A stretch of DNA of 64,000 nucleotides from Planctomycetota bacterium (GTDB taxonomy: Bacteria > Planctomycetota > UBA1135 > UBA2386): assembly GCA_046290465.1 (NCBI GenBank), contig JBKAGP010000001.1, positions 5,472,001-5,536,000 of the forward strand, given 5' to 3'. The first letter of the stretch is position 1, and every line of letters begins with the position of its first letter. Position numbers and translations under genes: made by a program. Shown here piece after piece: positions 37,474-46,848 of this stretch. The notes beneath the pieces were generated by a model, which worked only from the letters and a program-made list of their open reading frames with translations, did not search any database and was not told the origin of the DNA.

Positions 37474-37577
37474 CCCAGACACCGCATACCGAACCGGGTT
37501 CATCCTGCGCCACTTGTCGCGTGCATGCGCGCGACAAGTGGCGCAGGATGAACCCGGTTCGGTATGCGGTGTCTGGG
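37474..37577. repeat. 104-bp near-perfect palindrome (REP-like family)
   Basis: 37474-37521 is the exact reverse complement of 37530-37577; the centre is also symmetric except for one T/G pair. Confidence 0.95.
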
Positions 37578-37674
37578 CGGTCTTCGTCTGGGGCCTGCTA
37601 CGTCGAAAGTACCGCCGGTCCGGGGCATTGTTCTGGCGGTCGAGGGACCGTGCGTTCGTCGGCCGGGGAGACCC

Positions 37675-38079
37675 ATGATCGAGACCTTCGTGTTCGCCGC
37701 CGGCGCGACCCAGCTGGGCATCGCGCTCGCGAGCCTGGCATTGCCGCGCATCCTCGGCTGGCGTGAGCAGACGGCGCGGCTCGAGCCGCTGACGCGCCAC
37801 GTGTTCTGGACCTACGCGGTCTACATCTTCTGCACCAACATGTTCTTCGCCGGGGTTTCGATGCTGCGGCCGGAGCTGTTGACGGACGGCACGCCGCTGG
37901 CGCGCACGTTCTGTGGCTTCGTCACCGCGTATTGGGGCGGGCGCGTCGCGATCCAGCTGTTCGCCTACCGACAGGCGAGGCCGAAGGGGTGGTTCTTCGC
38001 GCTTGCGGACATCGGCTTCCTGCTCGCGTTCGTGTTCCTGACCGCGGTCTACGCGACCGCGATGCTGGTCGAGCTCTGA
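37675..38079 (+). CDS. Small 4-TM membrane protein
   Basis: GGAG SD, four hydrophobic helices, YWGGR motif; adjacent to the MBOAT gene. Confidence 0.75.
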   Translation: MIETFVFAAGATQLGIALASLALPRILGWREQTARLEPLTRHVFWTYAVYIFCTNMFFAGVSMLRPELLTDGTPLARTFCGFVTAYWGGRVAIQLFAYRQARPKGWFFALADIGFLLAFVFLTAVYATAMLVEL

Positions 38080-38080
38080 C

Positions 38081-39055
38081 GTGCCGGGTTACGTGCCGAC
38101 GACCGCCGCGGTGCTGTGGGCCGTGCTCGGCGGCCTGGCGCTGCTCGGCACCTACGGGTTCGTGCTGCAGCGGTCGGCGCGGCGGTGGGGGCGACCGCTC
38201 GCGTGGCTGGTGGCGGTGGCGGTGGTCTGGTTCGCGCACCGGCAGCTCGACGGCGAAGGTGCCGGCTTCCGCATGCTGGCGCTGGTTGCGCTGCTGGCCG
38301 CCGCGATGAAGGCCGTCGTGGCGGTCGAGGCGCGCCTCGGCGGTCGGCCGGCGCTGGCGCCGCTCGGCTGGACCGCGTTCGTCGCGGGCTGGCTCGGCAT
38401 GCAGCCGCGGTGGTTCGAACGGCGCCGCCTCGGGGCGCGCGCCAAGTCGGTGCTCGCGCTGCTGCTGCGCAGCGTCGGCTGGATGGTGGCCGGCGTGCTG
38501 ACGTGGTGGCTGCTGCGCGCGCTCTACCGTGAACTCGGCGAACCCGCCTGGCGTTGGCTTTCGACCTTCGCGGTGGTCGCGTTCAGCATGACGATGCACT
38601 TCGGCGTCATGGGTGCACACGCGGCACTGCTGCGCGCCTGCGGCTTCCAGGTCGATCCGCAGTTCAAGGCGCCGTGGCTGGCGCAGAACCTGCGCGAGTT
38701 CTGGGCGCTGCGCTGGAACCTCGCATTCTCGACGCTGACGCAGCTGGCGGTGCACCGGCCGCTGTCGCGCGTGGCCGGCGACGGCGGCGCGACGGCGGCG
38801 GGCTTCCTGTTCAGCGGACTGCTGCACGAGGTCGCCTGCAGCGTGCCGGTGATGGCCGGCTTCGGCTGGCCGACGGCTTACTTCGCGCTGCACGCGGTCG
38901 CGGTCGCCGCCGAGGACCTGCTGGCCCGACGCGGCGTGCGAATCGGTGGCGCGTGGGGGCGTGCCTGGACGTTCGCGTGGCTGCTCGCGCCGCTGCCGCT
39001 GCTGTTCCACGAACCGTTCGCGCGCGGGGTGCTGTTGCCGCTGCTGCAGGCTTGA
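38081..39055 (+). CDS. Membrane-bound O-acyltransferase (MBOAT_2/wax synthase-like)
   Basis: PWLAQNLREFWALRWN and FLFSGLLHE catalytic His motif, multiple TM helices. Confidence 0.85.
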   Translation: MPGYVPTTAAVLWAVLGGLALLGTYGFVLQRSARRWGRPLAWLVAVAVVWFAHRQLDGEGAGFRMLALVALLAAAMKAVVAVEARLGGRPALAPLGWTAFVAGWLGMQPRWFERRRLGARAKSVLALLLRSVGWMVAGVLTWWLLRALYRELGEPAWRWLSTFAVVAFSMTMHFGVMGAHAALLRACGFQVDPQFKAPWLAQNLREFWALRWNLAFSTLTQLAVHRPLSRVAGDGGATAAGFLFSGLLHEVACSVPVMAGFGWPTAYFALHAVAVAAEDLLARRGVRIGGAWGRAWTFAWLLAPLPLLFHEPFARGVLLPLLQA

Positions 39056-39110
39056 CGCCGACGCGTGAGGTGCGATCGTGGCGCCGCGCCGCCCCGCGCG
39101 CCACGACCCC

Positions 39111-40322
39111 ATGTCCCGACTCCGCTTCGCCTCGCTCTCCTGCGGCCTGCTCGCCGCGCTCCCGATGTCGCTGTCCGCGCAGGACGGCGGCTGGACCTCG
39201 CTGTTCGACGGCAAGTCGCTCGACGGCTGGACCCAGCGCAACGGCACCGCCAGCTACGAGGTGAAGGACGGTGCGATCGTCGGCACGACGGTCAAGGGCA
39301 GCCCGAACTCGTTCTTGTGCAGCGATCGGTTCTACGGCGACTTCGAACTCGAGTTCGAGGTCAAGCTGTTCGACGACCGGCTCAACTCGGGTGTGCAGAT
39401 CCGCAGCCACTCGTTTGCGAGCCACAAGAAGGGTCGCGTGCACGGCTACCAGGTCGAGGTCTCGACCAACGGACACGCCGGCTTCGTCTACGACGAGGCG
39501 CGCCGGGGCTGGCTCAGCAACGACCGCGACGACCCGCTGCGCCGCGCGGCGTTCAAGAACGGCGAGTGGAACCGCTACCGCGTGATCTGTCTCGGCCCGA
39601 CGATCCGCACCTGGGTCAACGACGTGCAGATCGCCAACATCGTCGACGACGTGTCGCCGAGCGGCTTCCTCGGCCTGCAGGTACACTCGGTCGGCGGCGA
39701 TCCGAAGTGGCAGGTCGCGTGGCGCAACCTGCGCATCCGCGAGCTCGGCGACGGCGGCGGCTTTGCGCCGTTGTTCAACGGCAAGGACCTCACCGGCTGG
39801 AAGGTCAACGAGAACCCGGACTCGGTGCGCGTCGAGGACGGCGCGATCGTCGTGCGCGGCGAGCGCGCCCACGTCTTCTACGACGGCCCGGTCTACCACC
39901 ACGACTTCAAGAACTTCGAGCTGCGCGCGCTGGTGATGACGAAGAAGAACGCCAACTCCGGCGTCTACTTCCACACGCAGTTCCAGCAGAACGGATGGCC
40001 GGCCAAGGGCTACGAGGTGCAGGTCAACAACTCGCAGTCGGACTGGCGGCGGACCGGCGGGCTCTACGCGATCCAGGACGTCAAGGAGGCGCCCGCGCAG
40101 GACGACAAGTGGTTCCTGCTCGAGGTGCGCGTCGTCGGCAAGCACGTCACGATCAAGGTCGACGGCAAGACCACCGCCGACTACGTCGAGCCCGACGACG
40201 TCAAGCGGCAGCGCGGCTTCGAAGGCCGCCTGATCGGCCGCGGCACGTTCGCGCTGCAGTGCCACGATCCGGGCTCCGAGGTCCGCTTCAAGGACCTCGC
40301 CGTCCGCCCCCTGCCCGAGTAG
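39111..40322 (+). CDS. Tandem DUF1080 (3-keto-disaccharide hydrolase-like) secreted protein
   Basis: Two repeats of LFDGKSLDGW/LFNGKDLTGW, NSGV, GY(Q/E)V, and LQVH/LQCH. Confidence 0.9.
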   Translation: MSRLRFASLSCGLLAALPMSLSAQDGGWTSLFDGKSLDGWTQRNGTASYEVKDGAIVGTTVKGSPNSFLCSDRFYGDFELEFEVKLFDDRLNSGVQIRSHSFASHKKGRVHGYQVEVSTNGHAGFVYDEARRGWLSNDRDDPLRRAAFKNGEWNRYRVICLGPTIRTWVNDVQIANIVDDVSPSGFLGLQVHSVGGDPKWQVAWRNLRIRELGDGGGFAPLFNGKDLTGWKVNENPDSVRVEDGAIVVRGERAHVFYDGPVYHHDFKNFELRALVMTKKNANSGVYFHTQFQQNGWPAKGYEVQVNNSQSDWRRTGGLYAIQDVKEAPAQDDKWFLLEVRVVGKHVTIKVDGKTTADYVEPDDVKRQRGFEGRLIGRGTFALQCHDPGSEVRFKDLAVRPLPE

Positions 40323-40389
40323 CGGTACGGTACCTGGTTCATCCTCCGACTTGCCGCTGCGCGCTCGCGGAAGTCGGAGGATGAACCAG
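40319..40389. repeat. REP/REPIN-like palindromic element, copy 2
   Basis: Starts GTAG (its TAG is the DUF1080 stop); perfect 19-bp IR CTGGTTCATCCTCCGACTT / AAGTCGGAGGATGAACCAG; between convergent genes. Confidence 0.85.
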
Positions 40390-40404
40390 TCGCAGTCGAC
40401 GCGC

Positions 40405-41454
<1,050 letters not shown>

Positions 41455-41646
41455 ATGCCGACTGCTAGAGCAGGTCGGCCGCGCCAGGTCCGCCTTTCGG
41501 TTCTCCGTTCGGCCGCCGTGGGCAATGCGAGCGGGGAGGCGTTCCGCCCAGGCATCCAGGTCCCAACCTGGGACGAACTCCTCGGCCGTAATCCGGATAG
41601 ACTCCTACGTCCTGCCTCCCCCGATTTCGATCGGTCGTCTCCGCCA

Positions 41647-44496
41647 ATGATCTCCACCTTCTCCCGCGCCGCGATCCTCGCGTGTGCCGTGGCCGTCTCG
41701 GTGTCTGCGCAGGATCCTGCCAGGCATGCCAGCGGCAGTCTCCTGCTCCGATTCGCCTCGTTCGACCCGACCGTCAGCGCCCCCGAGCTGCCGGCCGGCC
41801 TCGCCAGCACCGCATCCCAGCGTCTGCAGATCGTGCAGTTCGCCGGGATCCCGACCCAGAACGGGCGCGATGCCATCGCCGCCGCCGGCGGCCAGATCGT
41901 CAGCTACCTGCCGGAGAACGCCTACGTGGTGCGCATCGATCCGGCCAGCGTCGCGGCCCTGCGCGCCGTCGACACCGTGCGCTGGGTCGGCTCCTACGAG
42001 CCGGCCTACCGCGTCGACCCGGCGCTGATCGTCGCCAACGCGTTCGCCGATGCGACGCCGGTCCGCTACGACATCGTGGTCGCCGACAAGCACGCCGACA
42101 AGCCGTCGCTGCGCCGCGCCATCGTGGCGATCGGTGGCGTCGTCGACGACCTGCACCACGGCGGCCTGCTGATGACCGCGACGCTGACCGGGCCGCAGCT
42201 GCTGCAGACGCTGTCGTTCGACCAGGTGCTGTGGATCAACGCCTGGTCCGCGCCGCAGGAGGACATGGACAACGCCCGCATCCAGGGCGGCGGCAACTAC
42301 GTCGAGAACCAGACCGGCTACACCGGTGTCGGCGTCAACGCCCACATCTACGAGGGCATCGAGGCCACGCACCCGGACTTCACCGGTGGCGCGACCAACG
42401 TGCGCAGCAGCGGCAACGCGCAGACGCACGGCCACTGCACCGGCGGCATCGTGTTCGGCAACGGCACGTCCAACCCGGCGGTGCGCGGCATGGCGCCGGA
42501 CGCGGGCAAGTTCTACACCAACTACGGTTCGGTGCAGGGCTCGCGCTGGCAGGTCGTGTCGGACCTGGTCAACATCCACGACGTCAGCCACACGACGGCG
42601 TCGTGGGGCGGCAGCCGCACGTTCTTCTACAACGCGACGTCGGCCGATTCGGACGACCTCGTGTTCGACCACGACATCGCCTGGACCCAGAGCCAGTCGA
42701 ACGCCGGCAACCAGGATTCGCGTCCCGAAGCCTGGGCCAAGAACATCTTCTCGATCGGCGGCGTCAACCACAACAACGACAGCAACCCCAACAACGACTC
42801 GTGGCAGGGCGGCGGCGCGTCGATCGGCCCGGCGTCCGACGGCCGCATCAAGCCGACGCTGTGCGCCTACTACGAGAACATCGGCACGTCGGACCGCAGC
42901 GGCAGCTCGGGCTACTCGAACCAGAACTGGTACTCGAACTTCGGCGGCACGTCGGGCGCGACGCCGATCGTCGCCGGCCACAACGTGATCGCGATCGAGA
43001 TGTTCACGGACGAGGTCGTGCCCGGCTTCGGTCCGTTCGGCAACCAGCTGCGGGTGCCCGGCGGCTCGTCGCACGAGAACCGTCCGCACTTCCCGACGCT
43101 CAAGGCGCTGCAGGTCGTCAGCGCGGCCCAGTACGCGTTTACCGGGGCGAGCAGCGACAACCGTCGCGAGCACCAGGGCTGGGGCTTCCCGGACCTGCGC
43201 AAGATGTGGGACCTGCGCGGCAAGACCTACATCATCGACGAGACCGACGTGCTGACGCAGGGCTCGGCGCGCTCGCACCCAATCACCGTCGCCGCCGGCG
43301 AACCGGCGCTGAAGGTCTGCCTCAACTGGAACGAGCCGGGCGCCAACCCGGCGTCGGCGCAGCACCTGATCAACAACCTGTCGCTCAAGGTCACGGCGCC
43401 GAACGGCACGATCTACTGGGGCAACCACAACCTCGAGAACGGCGTCTGGTCGGTTCCCGGGGGCAGTGAGGACACGGTCAACTCGCTCGAGTGCGTGTTC
43501 GTGCAGAACCCGCAGGCCGGCACCTGGAACGTCGAGGTCCTGGCGACCGCGATCGTGCAGGACAACCACGTCGAGACGCCGGCGGTCGACGCCGACTACG
43601 GCCTGGTGGTCACCGGCGGCACCGGGTCGAACATCATCTTTGCCAACTTCGCGACGTTCGGCACCGGCTGCAACGGCTCGGTGCCGGTGCCGGCTCCGCC
43701 GTGCAACGAGTGGAACCCGGGCGGCGGCGTGCTGACCAGCAGCACGACGACCGACGAGGTCATCTACCGCATCGGCATCAGCGGCACCGAGCAGATCCAG
43801 AGCTTCGAACTGCTGACGGCTTCGGTCGGTGGTGGGGTCGTGACGGTGCCGGCGCGCCTCTACATCGGCGGCACGCCCGGCCCGACGCCGGTCGCGACGA
43901 CGACGATGACGGTCGGCGGCACGCCCGGCTTCTACACCGCGACGTTCAACACGCCGGTGACGGTGTCGAACGCGTGCTACATCGGCATCGATACGTCGGC
44001 GCTCGACGTCTACCTGTCGGAGATCCAGTTCGGTTCGTTCAACGTCGCCTACTCGCGGCCGAACGCGGCTTCGCCGTGGACGCTGCAGGTGATCCGGCCG
44101 GCCTACGTCGTCAACTGCGTGCCGGACTACCAGGTCCCGTCGCTCGGCAACACCGGTCGTCCGGTGGTGGGCACGACCTTCGACGTCGACCTGTCCGACG
44201 CGCTGCCGTCGACGTTTGCGGTGCTGGTGCAGGGCCTGTCCGACCAGACGTTCCCCGGCGGCACGCTGCCGGCCACGCTGCCCGGCACCCAGGGCTGCGA
44301 CATCCTGGTCTCGCCCGAGGTGACCGACGCGATCGTGACCGACGCACAGGGTGCCGGCAGCCAGACGATCTCGGTGCCCAACTCGAGCGCTCTGGAAGGG
44401 CTCGACGTGTTCTACCAGTGGGTGGTGCTCGACGCGCAGGCGAACGGCATCGGCCTGGTGACGTCGAACGGAGGCAAGGCGTTGCTGGGGCAGTAA
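41647..44496 (+). CDS. Secreted S8 subtilase, paralog 2
   Basis: HGHCTGG, SNAGN, GGTSGATP; catalytic region closely matches paralog 1; HIYEG. Confidence 0.9.
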   Translation: MISTFSRAAILACAVAVSVSAQDPARHASGSLLLRFASFDPTVSAPELPAGLASTASQRLQIVQFAGIPTQNGRDAIAAAGGQIVSYLPENAYVVRIDPASVAALRAVDTVRWVGSYEPAYRVDPALIVANAFADATPVRYDIVVADKHADKPSLRRAIVAIGGVVDDLHHGGLLMTATLTGPQLLQTLSFDQVLWINAWSAPQEDMDNARIQGGGNYVENQTGYTGVGVNAHIYEGIEATHPDFTGGATNVRSSGNAQTHGHCTGGIVFGNGTSNPAVRGMAPDAGKFYTNYGSVQGSRWQVVSDLVNIHDVSHTTASWGGSRTFFYNATSADSDDLVFDHDIAWTQSQSNAGNQDSRPEAWAKNIFSIGGVNHNNDSNPNNDSWQGGGASIGPASDGRIKPTLCAYYENIGTSDRSGSSGYSNQNWYSNFGGTSGATPIVAGHNVIAIEMFTDEVVPGFGPFGNQLRVPGGSSHENRPHFPTLKALQVVSAAQYAFTGASSDNRREHQGWGFPDLRKMWDLRGKTYIIDETDVLTQGSARSHPITVAAGEPALKVCLNWNEPGANPASAQHLINNLSLKVTAPNGTIYWGNHNLENGVWSVPGGSEDTVNSLECVFVQNPQAGTWNVEVLATAIVQDNHVETPAVDADYGLVVTGGTGSNIIFANFATFGTGCNGSVPVPAPPCNEWNPGGGVLTSSTTTDEVIYRIGISGTEQIQSFELLTASVGGGVVTVPARLYIGGTPGPTPVATTTMTVGGTPGFYTATFNTPVTVSNACYIGIDTSALDVYLSEIQFGSFNVAYSRPNAASPWTLQVIRPAYVVNCVPDYQVPSLGNTGRPVVGTTFDVDLSDALPSTFAVLVQGLSDQTFPGGTLPATLPGTQGCDILVSPEVTDAIVTDAQGAGSQTISVPNSSALEGLDVFYQWVVLDAQANGIGLVTSNGGKALLGQ

Positions 44497-44611
44497 CCGC
44501 GCGCGCGAAGCGCGCGCGGAGCGCGAAAGCGCGCGCAAAGCGCGCGCGTCAGCGCTGGCCTCACCTCCCCAACCGCGCACCCAAAGCGCGCGCAAGCGCG
44601 CGCGTCAGCGC
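44497..44611. repeat. Alternating-CG tandem repeat region between convergent genes
   Basis: AAAGCGCGCGCAA(A)GCGCGCGCGTCAGCGC occurs twice (about 44526-44555 and 44583-44611), plus further GCGCGC units. Confidence 0.7.
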
Positions 44612-44650
44612 CACCCCCACACCCCACACCCCACACCTCCCACACACTCC

Positions 44651-45631
44651 CTACCCCTTCCCAACCCGCCCCACCAACTCCCGCACCTCCCGCGCCGGAA
44701 TCGCCAACGTCTCGATCCGCCCCGCACGCGCGACGTTCACCCCGACACACCGACCATCCAGCCCGATCACCGGGCCGCCGCAGTCCTCCGGCTTCAGCAC
44801 CGTGTCGTGCTGCAACACCCGCTGAAAGCCGCTGCGCACCTCGCTCAGCTCGCCCCAGACGCTCTCCTGGTTGCTTCGCATCGGGCTCGAGTTGGTGCCG
44901 AGTTCGACCTGGAACGTGACGCGCTCGGCGTCGCGCAGCACGACGACCTCGATCTTGTCACCGGGCTTCTGCCGGCGGATCGCAGCGCGCAGCGCGTCGG
45001 TGTCGTCGATCTCCTCGCCGTCGAACGCGACCACGACGTCACCGCCGCGGATGCCGGCCGCCTTCGCGGCGCCGTGGGCGACGGCCTCGTCGATCTTGGC
45101 GATGCCACCGTTGGGGTTGGCGAAGCGGATGCCCAGGAACGCCCGCGGCCGCGTGTGCACGTACGGTGCCGCAGCCAGGATGCCGACGCCGAACGGCTTG
45201 TCGCTGCCGTCGACGCTGGCCAGGAATGCGCCGGGCTTCGGCTCCTGCTCGGCCCACTGCACCGGCACCAGCTTCGCGCCTTCGACGCGCAGCAGCGCCA
45301 GGTCCGACGGTCGGTCGAAGGCGACCTGCACGCACGGCCACGACGCGTCGCCCTGGTCGATTGACAGTTCGACCGGTTGGCCGGCCTTGGCGGTGCGCGA
45401 CGTCAGTTCGCTGAGCTTGGTGACCACCAGGTCCTTGCCGACGACGGTGCCGAGCACCATCGCGCGCTCGTCGACGCAGACCTCGACGACGCTGCGGTTG
45501 GCGGTCGCGACGACCGGCTTCCACAGCTTGCGCACGGCATCGCCCTGGCTGAGGCTGCGCATGCTCTGCGCGGGCAGCGCGAGCGGGAGCGCCGCGACCA
45601 GCGCGGCGGCGGAGAGGGCGCGGGGGTTCAT
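44651..45631 (-). CDS. PDZ-containing trypsin-like protein, probably catalytically altered
   Basis: DLALLRV, PDZ inserted (FLGI...GDVV), DCGGP in place of GDSGGP, VTKLSE in place of the His motif. Confidence 0.75.
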   Translation of the reverse strand: MNPRALSAAALVAALPLALPAQSMRSLSQGDAVRKLWKPVVATANRSVVEVCVDERAMVLGTVVGKDLVVTKLSELTSRTAKAGQPVELSIDQGDASWPCVQVAFDRPSDLALLRVEGAKLVPVQWAEQEPKPGAFLASVDGSDKPFGVGILAAAPYVHTRPRAFLGIRFANPNGGIAKIDEAVAHGAAKAAGIRGGDVVVAFDGEEIDDTDALRAAIRRQKPGDKIEVVVLRDAERVTFQVELGTNSSPMRSNQESVWGELSEVRSGFQRVLQHDTVLKPEDCGGPVIGLDGRCVGVNVARAGRIETLAIPAREVRELVGRVGKG

Positions 45632-46656
45632 CGGCGGGCTCCTTGCACGATCGGCAGTTCCAGTTCGACGCCCTTGCCGTCGCGTTCGACGACGACCTGC
45701 ACGCGGTCGCCGATGCGGAAGTCGCGCAGGATGCGCAGCACGTCGCGACGCGACTCGATCTCGGTGCCGTCGATCTCGAACAGGCGGTCGCCCTGCTGCA
45801 GGCCCGCCTTGGCGGCGTCCCCGTCCTCGGGCACCTCACCGAACACCGGGCAGCCGTCGCCGTAGGTCAACGGCACGCCGAAGTCGGGTCGGCTGCGGCC
45901 GCGGCGGCGGCGCGCCTCGGTGACCTTGCCCTCCTGCAGTTGCTGCCACTCGGCGACCAGCGCGTCGACCGGGGCGTGCATGTTCATCGCGAGGTTGCCG
46001 TTGATGCGGCTGTTGATGCCGACGACCCGACCCTGCATGTCGAACAGCGGTCCACCCGAGTCGCCGCCCTGCATCGTGCAGTCGGTGACCAGGTAGCCGT
46101 TCTCGGGCACGCGCAGCACGCGGCCGAGGCGCGCGGGGGCGGTGCGGCCCGGCTTGCGGCCGCTCGGGTGGCCGAGCATCAGCACCCACTGGCCGCGCTT
46201 CAGCTCCGACGACCTGCCGATCTCGGCTGCGGCGTGCTGGCCCTCGGTGTCGATGCGCACGAGGCTGACGTCGCTCTGGTGGTTGGCGCCGAGCGACGTG
46301 CCCTTCAGGCGCTTGCCATCGGTCAGCCGGATGTCGACCTCCTTGTCGGCGGTCAGCGTCACGTGCGCCGCGCACAGCAAGAACGGCTTGCCGTCGCGTT
46401 GCACCAGCACGCCGCTGGCGCCGGGCAGCGCGACCGTTGCGGGCAGCACACGCTGGATCAGCTTCTGCACGTGGTCCTGCATCGCCCGCAGCTCGGCCAG
46501 GCTGGCCGGGTCGTCACCGGCGAAGATCTCGGCGAGGCGCTCGGCGGAGACCGTGGTCTCGGCCGGGCCGGTCGATACGGGCGGGGGAGTCTGGCGCTGC
46601 GCGGCGAGCGCGGTCGCCATGGCCATTGCGGCGGCGACGAAAACGGTTCGGCTCAT
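45628..46656 (-). CDS. S1C (HtrA-like) serine protease with PDZ domain
   Basis: CAAHV, DVSLV, GGDSGGPL, C-terminal PDZ; ATGA coupling to the next gene. Confidence 0.88.
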   Translation of the reverse strand: MSRTVFVAAAMAMATALAAQRQTPPPVSTGPAETTVSAERLAEIFAGDDPASLAELRAMQDHVQKLIQRVLPATVALPGASGVLVQRDGKPFLLCAAHVTLTADKEVDIRLTDGKRLKGTSLGANHQSDVSLVRIDTEGQHAAAEIGRSSELKRGQWVLMLGHPSGRKPGRTAPARLGRVLRVPENGYLVTDCTMQGGDSGGPLFDMQGRVVGINSRINGNLAMNMHAPVDALVAEWQQLQEGKVTEARRRRGRSRPDFGVPLTYGDGCPVFGEVPEDGDAAKAGLQQGDRLFEIDGTEIESRRDVLRILRDFRIGDRVQVVVERDGKGVELELPIVQGARR

Positions 46657-46848
46657 TGCAGATCTGAGGCTAGCGGAACGGGGCGGTCGGAAACGGGCCG
46701 TGGGACGGCAGATACACAAGCGCAACGAAAACGGGGTGACGGCCGGGGGCGTTTTCCGCCTCTGGGGGTGTCGCCGGACTGCCGGCGGCAGGCGCGCCCG
46801 GTCGGGCCGCGCCCTTCGTGTAACCCCGCAGCGAATCCCCAGATACCC

